DNA of 64,000 bases from Eledone cirrhosa (lineage: Eukaryota), in assembly GCA_964016885.1 (NCBI GenBank), contig OZ024753.1, forward strand, positions 45,322,001-45,386,000, written 5' to 3'. The position numbers and the translations under genes are program-made. Below, one piece after another: positions 12,603 through 26,400 of the stretch (the stretch's first letter is position 1; each line of letters opens with the position of its first letter). The notes below the pieces were generated by a model. It saw only the letters and a program-made list of their open reading frames with translations. It was not told the DNA's origin and did no database searches.

Positions 12603-13709
12603 TCATCTGACAAGATGAAGCAGTCATCATGTATGTAAGTATAAAGAGAGAATGTATAATAGCTGATAGAATTAAACCTCCTAACTATATATTAGGCCTA
12701 ATGGTAGTATAAGTGGTTGTGTTATGGTGTTGATTCAGTTGTTGTGTGTGTACTCACTTGTGAACTTCTCAGTGGTGTGGCCACTGTTGTGTAGAGTGTA
12801 GGAGAGAGAAGTTTGATAGGCCTGATACAGTGTGACTAGAGATTGTGTGTGATCACTTCTTTTGTCTCCTTGAGGTGTGGTGTGGCCACTGTTGTGTAGA
12901 GTTTAGGGGAAAGAGATTTGGTAGGCCTGATACAGTGTGACTAGAGATTGTGTGTGATCACTTCTTTTGTCTCCCTGAGGTTATGGAAATGGCTCCCTAA
13001 TATCTTAAAATCTCTGACATATTGGCACTTGAAAGCTATTCACAATATGAACTTTTCAATGAAGCCACAGAGGTCAGCTTCTAAGGTGGCTGATTTGACA
13101 GTGTAAGATAATGCAAAAAGAACTCTATTGGAAAGAGTATCAAATTACTGCTACACCTAACACCAACCACCTTATAAAGTATAGTAAATGTCTTTTATTG
13201 TGGTACCAGCAATGGTGAAGACACTGAGTCCTCAACTAAACTTAAGAACTGTCAAAACCCTACACTATATGTTGTGTATATTCCTTTGTTGTTCTTAAAA
13301 GATAAAGAGTATCTTTAGTAAACTCATTGAATCCAAGTCTCAAACCTTCCACAGACATTCCTGTAGTTAGATTCATAAGAAATCACTCAAAAACCATGCA
13401 AGATGTAGTAGTTCGAGGGTAACCACAGCTAAAAAAGGTACTCAATACATTGGTAGAGGATAGGCATTTAAAAAAATTTATGTAGAAATAATTGTTTCTA
13501 CTTTAGGCACAAGGCCAGCAATTACCCAGTGCATTACTGGTACTTTATTTTATCGACCCCGTAAGGATAAAAGGCAAAGTCAACCTCGGCGGGATTTGAA
13601 CTCAATTTATCTAGAAATAATTTCTGATGATTTCATACGAATGAAACAGTTCAAGTCCTGTAGGAGTCATTTTTATATAATACACACACACACACACATA
13701 TATATATAT

Positions 13710-14045
13710 TGAATTCCATGAGTCTAACACCCGTGGACATGCTTACAAAGTCAGAAAACAGTACAGCTCCCATGACTTTCAGAAATATTTTTTCATGCTC
13801 AGATTTGCTGAAGCATGGAACAAACTACCTGCATCAGTTGTTAGCTGTCAGGACACGGCATCCTTCAAAACTTCCATGCTACCTGAAATTCGCCTTCCAT
13901 ACACATGCACGCATGTGTGTCTGTGTATATATCAAGACTCATGCACTGTTCACTTTCCTGACATTTGTACATTATTCTATGTACTATACATGCACCTTTG
14001 ATGAGTTGTAGTGCACCTGAGCACTGTACACAATAATTTTCATTT
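13710..14045 (+). mobile_element. CR1/L2-clade LINE 3' fragment
   Basis: TRGHAYKVRK...FF / RFAEAWNKLPASVVS...SFK C-terminus with a frameshift; 3' end GTGCACCTGAGCACTGTACACAATAATT recurs at ~12365 and ~18215 (minus). Confidence 0.8.
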
Positions 14046-14059
14046 TATATATATATATA

Positions 14060-14230
14060 TAGGAACGAGTAGGACCCCGACGGCTGAGCTCAAGCCGTTT
14101 CGACGGATAATTCTGGACTAGCTCAGCCGTCGGGGTCCTACTCGTTCCTATTACCCACTCTACTACCCTAAGTATTGAGTACTTTGGTGCGTTATGGTCC
14201 ACCTGGTTCCTTACCACATTTCCTTCGTTA
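14060..14230. mobile_element. (TA)n-inserted short element, family A (Penelope-like pLTR/tail remnant with hammerhead 3' half)
   Basis: Further copies at 9685-9740, 17263-17380, 37612-37798, 38377-38581, 41151-41312, 54923-55107; all flanked by TA-rich repeats; five of the seven have an inverted partial duplicate. Confidence 0.75.
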
Positions 14231-14442
14231 TATATATATATATATACACACGCACACACTGACACAGAAACACATACAAATCAAGTCGGTGCGAGAAAGA
14301 GAAAGACTGAGCGCACCTGACTAGACTCCCGGTAAGCAAGGGTAAATTCTGTCACTTCTAGCCTGCCGTCAATTTAGTCGGCAATTGGCTTTTACTTGGA
14401 TCGTTTGGAAAGTTCTTTTCTGAACTGAAATTAATGTGAAGC

Positions 14443-14528
14443 ATGGCGGAAGAGAATAACGTTAAGGATGCCGACGAATTGGAGAAAGAGCACTTCGTTA
14501 GGATTGTGAATGCATTTAAATATTATAG
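14443..14528 (+). CDS. CARNMT1: CARNMT1 exon 1 ([28 protein letters not shown])
   Basis: gcATGG start; gtgagt donor. Confidence 0.9.
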
Positions 14529-14929
14529 GTGAGTTCCTTATATTCCACCATCATCGCCATCGCTCCTACTACTACGATTATAATTAATATTATTATTATT
14601 AGCTTTAGGATTGCGATTACATACGTGCATAATATATATATATTATATATATATATATGTATGTATATGTATGTGTATATATATGTATATGTATATATAT
14701 ATATGTATATATATATGAAGCGTGAGTGAGGGGAAGGGGGAGAGAGATAGTGTGTCTATATTTTTGTTTATATATGATTATAAATAAACATATCTCTGTG
14801 TGTGTGTGTGTGTATAAATATGAATGTATGTAAATGAATCTATATCAACGTGCATGTATATAAATAATATATATGTGTATATAATATGTATATAATATAT
14901 ATATACTATATATATTATTGTGTGAAGGT

Positions 14930-14980
<51 letters not shown>

Positions 14981-15215
14981 TAGCCCTACCCGGTATGTCA
15001 GTAGTCACCGCTTGTAACTTACCATTTACATGTTTGTATTGTTGTAATGTACATTTCTTTACTACACAAACCATATGCTCTCTCTCTCTCTCTCTCTCTC
15101 TCTTTAACTCGTGCACATTAGCACACGCGCATATACACACATATATACACACATGCATATGTTTATATATATATATATATATAAATATAAATTCAGCGAG
15201 AATCGTATTTCGGCT

Positions 15216-15259
<44 letters not shown>

Positions 15260-15590
15260 TTATGCAATCAATGTGTGGGGAAATAGCAGTATAAACCTAA
15301 GTGCAAAAACGCGCACTCAATGCGTATATATATCTATACATATATACACCTATTATATATATAATTGTTTCTACGTTTGGCACAAGGCCAGCACCTACCC
15401 AGTACATTACTGGTACTTTATTTTATCGACCCCGTAAGGATGAAAGGCAAAGTTAACCGGCGGGATTTGAACTCAAATGATCTTTATATATATATATAAT
15501 GATCTTTATATATATGTATATAATGATCTTTATTATGGCTATTTAAACTCTAATTAGATTTTGAGTACACATTTTCACTTCCGTCAATAC

Positions 15591-15653
<63 letters not shown>

Positions 15654-17168
15654 AGAGAGATACTGTTTCTATATTTTTGTTTATATATGTATATAAATAA
15701 ATATATGTGTGTGTATATATGAATACATATAAATACAACTATATATATATATACACATATATCTATCTATCGCTATATATATATATATATAAATACATGC
15801 ATCTATATATTTATATATACACACATCTATCTATCTATATATAAATGTGTATACGTGTTTGAACACATATATGATATATAGACATAAACACAATCTTATT
15901 TTATTGTTCATTATTGTTATTGTTATTACCAGCACATGCACTCACACATGCGCACACATGCACTCCCCCTCTCTTTCATTTCTATACCTCCTCCTCCTCC
16001 ACTTCACTCCTCCTCCTCAGTCACGTACACATATTCCCATTCCCCCCTCACTTACGTTCATACATTCTCTCTCTCTCGCCTCGCGGATATACACTCTCTT
16101 TCTCTCCCTCCCCCTCACGTACACATACATTCTCTCTCTCTCCCTACCCCTCATGGATATACACTCTCTTTCTCTCCCTCCCCCTCACGTACACATACAT
16201 TCTCTCTCTCTCTCTCTCCCTACCCCTCATGGATATACACTCTCTTTCTCTCCCTCCCCCTCACGTACACATACATTCTCTCTCTCTCTCCCTACCCCTC
16301 ATGGATATACACTCTCTTTCTCTCCCTCCCCCTCACGTACACATACATTCTCTCTCTCTCTCTCCCTACCCCTCATGGATATACACTCTCTTTCTCTCCC
16401 TCCCCCTCACGTACACATACATTCTCTCTCTCTCTCTCCCTTCCCCTCATGGATATACACTCTCTTTCTCTCCCTCCCCCTCACGTACACATACATTCTC
16501 TCTCTCTCTCTCCCTACCCCTCATGGATATACACTCTCTTTCCTTCCCTCCCCTCACGTACACATACATTCTCTCCCCCTCTCACTTACCTACATACACT
16601 CTCTTTCTATCTCTCCCTCTCTCTCACCTACATACACACTCTCTTTCCCTCTCACTCACCTACATACACACTCTCTCTCTCCCTCTCACTCACCTACATA
16701 CACACTCTCTCTCCCTCTCACTTACCTACATACACTCTCTTTTTCTCTCCCTCTCATTCACTCACCTACACTCTCTTTCCCTCTCTCTCCCTCCCTCTCT
16801 CTCCCCTACATACACACTCTTTCTCCTTCTCATTCACTTACCTACATACACTCTCTTTCTCCCTCCCTCTTTCTCACCTACATACACCCCTCCCCCTCTC
16901 TCACTACATCACTCCCACTCCCACGGGTTTAACACTTCCTCAATCTTCCAGTTGTTATTGTTGTGCACTCACTCACCCCTTTGGAAGGGCATGAACGTCA
17001 CTAAATCCCTATAAATTCTACTATAACCCCACATGAATACACACATACACACCAACACTTAGAAACATACTATAGCTCATACATATACATACATACACAC
17101 AAGATTATATAAAATTCCTCTTAATGTTGATTTTTCTAGCAGTTTATACACCACCCTCTCTGTATGCA

Positions 17169-17245
<77 letters not shown>

Positions 17246-17386
17246 ATGTATATGTATTTATGGAGCTCAGCCGTCGAGGTCCTGACTCTTTTCCTATTAC
17301 CCACTCTACTACCCTAAGTATTGAGTACTCTGGTGCGTTATGGTCCACCTGGTTTCTTACCACAGCCTCTTTGTTTTTTATATAAG

Positions 17387-17418
<32 letters not shown>

Positions 17419-20400
17419 TATGCTTGTATGTATATATGTGTATGTGTGTTCTTGTTTGTATTCATGTGTGTGCTTGTATGGATATATTTGTGTGTGTGTA
17501 TACTTGCATGTATATATGTGTGTGTGTGTGGTGTGTGTGTACATTGTTTTCTCTCGTTAAATTTCTATAGCTTGTCACCATGGTTAATATCACAGCATAC
17601 ACATACACACACATACATACATAACCATATATATACATACACACACATACTCTACATTGATTCTGTTCTTTACAAACACCACCACCTCCACAACAACACC
17701 ACCACCACCACAACAACAACATCGTCAACAACACCACCACCACCATACCACCACCACCACCACACCAACAACACCACCATTAACACCACCACCACCACCA
17801 CCACACCACCACCACAACCACAATTTACTAATTTGACCATGGCATCTCTCTGTAGGGGGTTGCTTGACTTTCTAGAAATAGTAGTTAAATTCCTGCCCTC
17901 TTCTCTGTCAAAACTGACAAAAACTAGATAATGTATAACTAACATATTTTATCGCACACCTAGAAAGATGACACGATCATGTCTAGGATATTGGTATCTA
18001 GTCCTAGATCTTCTTGACCTAGTCAGACCTAGGGAGGTATTTTACTGCACACCTAGACATGATCATGTTGAGAATATTGTTGGTCTTCTTGACCAGGTCA
18101 GACCTAGGGCTATATAACACCAGTGAGGTTAAATGGAGGCATTCTTAACTCTACTCTGGTTGATAACATTAAGCAGAGGATAGAACAATGTTTGGTGCAT
18201 GTTTAAATAATAATGAAATTATTGTGTAAAGTGCTCAGGCCCACTGATTCTGATAACAATAACCACCAGATGTGTAAGTTGTCTGGTAGTTGTCCAGATC
18301 ATGTAGCCTATCTGCCAGATGTAGGAGTATGTCTGGTAGTTGACCAGATGTAGTAGTATGTCTGGTAGTTGACCAGATGTAGTAGTATGTCTGGTAGTTG
18401 ACCAGATGTAGTAGTATGTCTGGTAGTTGTCCAGATGTAGTAGTATGTCTGGTAGTTGACCAGATGTAGTAGTATGTCTGGTAGTTGACCAGATGTAGTA
18501 GTATGTCTGGTAGTTGACCAGATGTAGTAGTATGTCTGGTAGTTGACCAGATGTAGTAGTATGTCTGGTAGTTGTCCAGATGTAGTAGTATGTCTGGTAG
18601 TTGTCCAGATGTAGTAGTATGTCTGGTAGTTGACCAGATGTAGTAGTATGTCTTGTAGTTGTCCAGATGTAGTAGTATGTCTGGTAGTTGTCCAGATGTA
18701 GTAGTATGTCTGGTAGTTGACCAGATGTTGTAGTATGTCTGGTAATTGATCAGATGTTGTAGTATGTCTGGTAGTTGACCAGATCATGTAGTCTATCTGC
18801 CAGATGTAGTATATCTGGTAATTATAATACTTATATAAACTAAATCCCATCTAATGCCTTGTTTATCTCTCTCCCAGGTTGTATTCACTGAACCGTATCC
18901 GCAATACAGAACGTTACTATGACGAATTACCAGATCACCATCGATCCATCATACCAAACTTCCGCGATCATCTTGGTAAAGTCCGTAACTGCATCGAAAC
19001 CAATTTCCATCTCATCAAACTCATTATTCAAAACACAGAACATATGTTTGAAAATAAGAACCATGGACCAGTTGAAAATGTAAGTCAAATTATTTTTACT
19101 TGTTATTGTAATTTTTAAATTGTTTTATCCTTTCAACCCATGCTAGCATGGAAGAACGGACGTAAAACGGTGATGATGATGATGATGATGACTCTTTATT
19201 TGGAGACTTTTGTGTGGAAGGAGGAGAAGAGGCAGAGAAAGAGGAGGGGAGTTTCTTTCAGTCTTTATTTGAGAAAGTTTGTGGAAAAAGAAGGAGAGTA
19301 GGAGGAGGAGGTGAGTGGGAGGTGTTATTGTGTAACAGGGAATGACTTTTTGTGTAACTCAACAATCTCCATCTTTCTACATTTTAGAAATATTTGTTTT
19401 TATTATAAATTCATTCTTTTGTTACCCTAATCTTTATGAAAGCCTCCAGCTATTGTTTTTAATTAATCAAGAATTTGGAGGTATTTAGTAAAATAACTAG
19501 CTCTCTCATTATTAAACTAGTGTCTGGAGCATAACAAAGGTTCTTTACATAAAAATCACGATGGAAGGTTTTTAGATAAATATAAACATATTATAGGTGA
19601 CAAATAAGCAGAGTTGTTAGAATGTCAGATAGAATGCTTTGTAGTATTTGTTCTGGCTATCAACTTTCTGAGTTCAAATCCTGTTGAGGTGAGCAGCAGA
19701 TTTCTTACAGAGAAGGATAGAAAGTGAAAGAGATATAGAGGAAGAATTGAAACCAGTACATTACTGGTACTTTATTTTATCGACCCTGAAAGGATGAAAG
19801 GCAAAGTTGACCTCGGTGGGATTTGAACTCAAAGAGCAGAGAGCGGAAACGAATACTGCAAAGCATTCTATCTGACATTCTAACAACATTGCCAATTCAA
19901 ATTCACCACGTTAGTATATACAGAGTGTCCCCCTCAAATGTATACACACTTCAACAGCATTCTAATCAAAGTATGTATATATTTTTGGGGGACAATCTGT
20001 ATATAGTAATGTTATTAGGTCACCTATTTCTGTTGCATGGCAGGTTTGTTGCCTAAGAGATTGTTACATTGATAATTATTCAAATGGAATTGTCTCTGTT
20101 GTCTGATATTAGAGAACTCATCTTAGAGTTCCTTCTATAGGTTTGTTTTTATGTATTTTTAAATCTAGCTTGAAGAATGTGTAATTATGAAACCAGCCTC
20201 AGGTCAGACACAATCAATAACAGCTGTTGTCTCTTTATAAATTATTCTGCTTTATATATTAACTGTCAATATTTTCAAATAAATGATATGATAGCTGCAG
20301 TTGTGGCGTCAGATAGAAATGTTTTGTAGTGTTCATTGCAACTCTTTGGTCCCTGAGTTCAAATCCCACCAAAATCAATTTGTCTTTTCCTCCTTTCGGG

Positions 20401-23400
20401 GTCAATAAAATAAATTACCAATCCAGTACTGGAATGGATCTCTCTCTCTGTCTGTCGTAGAAATCAGCTGTGGTTACACCTGGAGAGGAAGGGGTTAGTT
20501 AATTAAAGGCTCATCAAGCCGGTGCTTATCCCTGATTTCCTTGATGTTAAGAGACTGAGAGTACAAGACTCTCCCTGGATAGGATGCCAGTCTATCACAG
20601 GATTAACTCCCTAGCTACTGTTCGTGCTCATTCTCTGGGTGTAATGGAGCAATGTGAAATAAAGTGTTTTGCTCAAGAAAATAACACAGCAGCCTGTCCA
20701 GGAATTGAACCCATGACATTACGATCCTACATCAAGCATCTTAACCATTAGGCCCTCCTCCTTCATGAGGAGGAAGGGGAGGCACCAGGTTAAAAATCCC
20801 CAAATGTGTGATAGCCCCTCCACCTATGACCTCTACAGTTACGGGGTCAGTGAGTGACACAGAAACACAATAGAGGCCTTCTTCTTTGTCTTCTTCCTGA
20901 CCCCCTTATTCCTGGGAAAGTCGTGGGGGCACAGTCCTCAAATGCTCCTTCCAACACAACCTGGCAGAAGCAACCATCTTCAATTCATCCAGCTGGATCC
21001 CTAAGCAAATACAAGTGGCTGAAATGGGGTTCCGCCGAAGGGTCTTTAGAGTAGCGTTATTTGATAGAGTGTAGTATAGTTGAGAGATCAGAGAGGTACT
21101 TCACGTAGAGCCACTACTTACCCGAAATGAGACATCACAGCTCTGCTACTACGTAAGAGGACACTAAATTTATTCTATTCTTTGCTTGTTCTCAACAAAG
21201 TTTCGCACAAGATAAGTTTGAAAAACCTTAGAGTGCACAAATTGAACTCTTAACATCCTGTAATGATTTAACAGAAAATATTTGTTTATTCAAATGTTTC
21301 TAGTATCTTTATTTGTGGATAGATCATTATGGAAATTTTCAGTATTTAAGTAAATGTAATTTTTAATGAGATGTGGTGAAAGCGCTTTTTTTGTACTTTT
21401 CAAGAATATTTTGCTAATGTGCTTTGTTGAGGTTCAGGATGTTAAGAGTTAAAGACAGTAGCAAGTCTTCAGTTGCTTCCGATGTGCCATTATTTATTCA
21501 ACTCTATATACCTCTTCTCTTTCCGATGTGTTTTAGAAAGAGATTTCTGTATTACAGGGCGAGGAGGGTCTCCGAAAACACCCCCCCACATCCTATGACA
21601 TGGACCGGGTTAAGACAACGTTGAAGCAATTTGTTAGGGACTGGAGTGAATCTGGACGGAGTGAAAGATCAGCTTGTTATGATCCCGTTATCAAAGAAAT
21701 CAGACGCAGATTTCCACCTCAAATGTGGTAAGTACTTCCATTATAGAAACTGTTTTATGGTGGGTTATTTCATACTTTGTAGATGTAGTTGATAGCTTCT
21801 GTTACCTTTAGCCACCCAGGTAACAGAAGCTATCAACTACTTCTAGCAAGCCCTCTGAACATTTAATAGAGCTTGTTTCATGAGACATCTTACTGCTCCT
21901 GTGCAGTGACCATATATAAAACCTACATTCTTTGATAGCCTGCTTGAGATCCTGCTACATCTCTTGTGTACCTATATGTCATGGGGAAGTCTGTGAAATG
22001 CTTTCTCCAGGTCAACAAATTGCGAGTAGAGGGGCTTACTTTTAGCTATAGCTCTCTTACTTTTAGCTCTCTTATAGTTCCCTTACAAGGACAAGGGCAT
22101 CAGTGGTACTATTCCCTCACACAAATCCAAACAAAACAGCATCTCATCTAGATTGACTGGATCCCCTATCAGCTGTGCTTTAACTCTCTCTGTAACCTTC
22201 ATGACCTAGTCAACCAACTTGTTGGTTCTAAAGCATCTTCTTCGCCCTTGTAGCAGTTGACAATGATGCTGCAACACCGGACATTGTGTATGACGTCATT
22301 TGGTATTGATTTACAATAATAGTGGTTAAGGTGTGATGATAATGGTTAAGATGTTCCCAGTATCTATCTCAGAGACTGATGTAATTTGGTGCTAAGGGGG
22401 GTAATTTGATGGCAAGGGAGGTAATTTGATGGTAAGGGATGTAATTTGGTGGTAAGGGAGGTAATTTGGAATTCAGGAAAAAAGTTTAATAAAGTATTCT
22501 TTAGGGAAATAACGGGAGCTAACTTGTGTAGTGTCCAACTGAATTTGGCTTAAGGAATCTTCAGTGGATATGAGATATCAGTGGTTGGCAAGTAGGATCC
22601 CTGGTGTTAAAATCCTTTTAATCTTGTAATGGTGTAGATTTCCAGTTCCTCAGTATTTATTTGGGGGTGTAGGGGCAGTGATTGAAGAAGTCTGCTCTCA
22701 TATTTAGACAGTTGGTGGAGTTGTCTAGCTTTTTAGAGTATTCTTTCTGCTGTACACATTTGACAATTTCTTTCCTACGTTGAGAATTTTAGGTTGTCAT
22801 TGAATTAAAAAAAAAAACGAAACAGAATTAATCGTTTCGTTTACATATTGAGACCCCAACCCATCTTATTTATTTTACAATGTATGGGACTTCTAATAAT
22901 GTACCTTTTTTGTCATATATAATGTTTTTTTAATGTATAAAGGAAATTAATTGTTGCAGGAATGCTACCTCTTAAAATAAAATTTCGCCAGATATAGATA
23001 ATATAGCAAAATTTAATAATATTTTCAGAACAAAATATTAAATGTTTCTTTTAAATTCTTTTTCTTTTCCAGAGTATATTTTATGAAAACTAAATTAAAC
23101 AGCTGACACACATGTCTCTTATATTTTCACCAACACTGGTATCGGTATTTATATTTGCTTGCTTTGATATTGATTCATTTATTGAAATAAAGTACCAGTA
23201 ATGCACTGGGATCAATTTAATCGATTTCACTTCCCCAATAAAAAATAAAAATATATTTAAATTCCTTCATTTACTAAAACTGACTTGTTTTAAGAAAAAT
23301 AAATAAAAAAAACTTCTTTCCTTTCCATTATGTAAAGTATTTCATGTATTATAAGAAGTTTCCTTAAAATTGTGTCTATTCCAGCGATCCATCGACAGTG

Positions 23401-26400
23401 TTTGTATTAGTTCCTGGTGCTGGCCTCGGAAGGTTGGCCTATGAATTGGCTAAATTAGGCTACAGTTGCCAAGGAAATGAATGGAGTTTATTCATGTTAT
23501 TTGCATCCAACTTTGTATTGAACAAGTATGTATGATTTCTTTCATTTTTTCTTTCATCTTCATTCTGTTGGGGTCAATCAATAAAATAAAGTACCAGTCA
23601 GATACTGGGGTTGATTTAATCGACTTCTTCTTTCTTGCACCATAAATTACTGTATTGTATCTTAAGCTATCTGGAACGTTACTTAACAGAAGCTTTTTAA
23701 AATTATAATGGAGAATTTTGATATTATCATGAACACTTTAAAACAGGGAATTTTGTAAAATAAAATCAGAGTATTAGAATGTACCTTAAAAGTGTTTTGA
23801 AGGCAAAAAACATTACAAGAATAGAACAAAATCAAGGGAGAGTAAAAGTATTGCAAGGCAGGTAACTCTTGGTCAGTGTTATTTTTAACTTCAATCTTAC
23901 GAGTGAATATTTACAATATTTATATCGCTATCACACACACACATATATATATATATATTATTTTTTATCATTTATTTTGTTTTGACCTGTTTAGCCTGAT
24001 TTGGTTTTTGGCTTGGGTGGTTAATGCCTACTTGACCACCTTTTCAGTTTTGTATGGCTTCTTAACACATTGTTTAGCTCTGGTTTTTAACTATTGAGCA
24101 CTTTGCCAGTTTCATTTCTGATTTTTGCATTTCGCTTTGCTTTTCCTGCCCGCCGAAAATGCGATTCTCGCTGAATCTTTATTTGTATATATCTATATAT
24201 ATATATATATATATACACATACATACACACATACATAGTAAACAGAAATAACAAAGCAAATGACACAGTACAATGAAGAAATATATTAGTTTAACACTTG
24301 AAATAGTAGAAAAAGAATTTTAACTTTTCGGACATTAGTCCTTCATCAGAAGATAAAATGAAAAGTAAAAGACGAAATAAAAAGATAGAGGGTGAGAAGA
24401 GGAAGGAACGGAAAAAATTGAGAAAAAACACACGTGCGCATCTAATCCGCCATTTTGGCGAGTTATAAATATATCAAGGGAGGATACTCTTCAGATGAAT
24501 TCAAGGGAATTAATTCATGTCTTACATCTACACAGGAAGCCTATATGTTGTTAATTGACTTTTGAAATATCAGCTAAATCCCTCCCCAAATCATTGTGTC
24601 CTTGAGCAAGACACTTTAACCAGCGTTGCACCAATCCACTGTGTCCTTGAGCAAGACATTACTTCGCGTTGCTTTAGTCTATTCAGCTGGAAAAAATTGT
24701 TATGTGCAGGTTTATCACGTACTGCATCATTGAAGCTTTCTGGTATACTCAGGTCCTGGAATACTCAGCCGCTTTTACAAACAGTCTGTTCTAGTTATAT
24801 GACTAACTGGAACACTCGTCGAAACTGACGAAGATCCAATAAAAACAAAATATTTACCTAAAAAAAATTTACATTAATAACATTGAAAAAACTTCAAGGG
24901 AGTTAACTCTTGATTAAATACATTTTTTTCTCAAAATTGCGAGTGACCTCCCTTGCAACAATTTTCTGTCTGTTACTTTTAGCCGAGTGATATAATTGTG
25001 ACTGAATTTATTCCTTCACCATCCGTACATTTATCATGTCTGTACCAGCACCACCTCCTTTGTTACTCACCCCATTCCTCTCATATCCAGTGTTTCTTTC
25101 AACTCTTTACACTTTGAGATCAAATCCCGCCGGTGTCTGTCTCTCTCACTCTCTACTGTCTTACTCTCTCACTCTATCTCTCACTGTCTCCTTCTCTCTT
25201 TCTCCCTGCCTCACACTCTCTCTACTATCTCTGTCCCACTCTCCATCTCTATCCCTCTTTCTCTCTCCGTCTCAACTCTCCCCCCCTCTCCCAACTCTCT
25301 CTCTCTCAACTCTCACCCCCTATCTCTGTCTCTCTCACCCTAGATGTAGAGAAGCCAATGCCCACAAACTGTATCCGTGGATCCATCAATGGATCAACAA
25401 CAAGACCTCAGCTGACCAGATAGAACCAGTTAGTTTCCCCGATGTCAACCCTGCTGACCTTCCAGCTAATTCCAATTTCTCCATGGCAGCAGGAGACTTT
25501 CTAGAAGTTTACACGGAACCAAGTAAGTTGAGTAATAGTTGTTTGGTGGTGGTGGTGGTGGGGGGGAGGGTACTTGGTGGTGAGGGTGGTGGTGGTGGTG
25601 GTGGTGATTGAGTGGCGAGTGGGGGTGGGGGACTTGGTGGTGAGGGAGGGGTGGTGATGGTGGTGGGGTACTAGGTAGTGATGGTGGAGGTGGTGGCGGA
25701 CGTGGTGATGGTGGTTGGGTGGATAGTGGGGGTGGGGGACTTGGTGGTGAGGGCGGGGTGGTGGTGGCGGGGTGGTGGTGGTGAGGGCGGGGTGGTGGTG
25801 GTGGTGATGGTGGTGGTGGCGGCGGACGGAGTGGGGGTAGTTGGGGGTGGGGTGGGGGTGATGGTGGTTGGGTGGTGGATGTGGTGATAATGGTGATTGT
25901 TGTGGTGATGATGGTAGTGGTGGTTGGGTGGTGGTGGTGGCGGCGATGATTGTGGTGGTGGTGGTGGTGGTGGTGGTATCTTCCCACCTCCCCGACACCG
26001 ACATGATACTACAATGTAGTCTATAGTTGTTGTTGTAACTAGCAGCAATAAATCTGTGTTGTGTTACTGAGGTCATTGGGTAGAGACTGCACCCCTCCCT
26101 CCACATTATACCTCCCTCCACACCTCACCACCTCCTCTACATTATACCTCACTCCGCACCTCACCACCTCCTCTACACTATACCTCCCTCCGCACCTCAC
26201 CACCACCTCAACACTATACTTCCCTCTAAACCTCACCACCTCCTCTACACCTCCCTCCACACCTCCCTCCACACCTCACCACCACCACCTCTACACTATA
26301 CCACCCTCCACACCTCACCACCACCTCTACACTATACCTCCCTCCACACCTCACCACCACCTCTACACTATACCTCCCTCCACACCTCACCACCACCTCT

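Noticed and set aside
18310-18820. CRISPR-like appearance of regular palindromic repeats (also 59125-59510)
   Set aside because: Units are directly adjacent with no unique spacers; eukaryotic context; no cas genes
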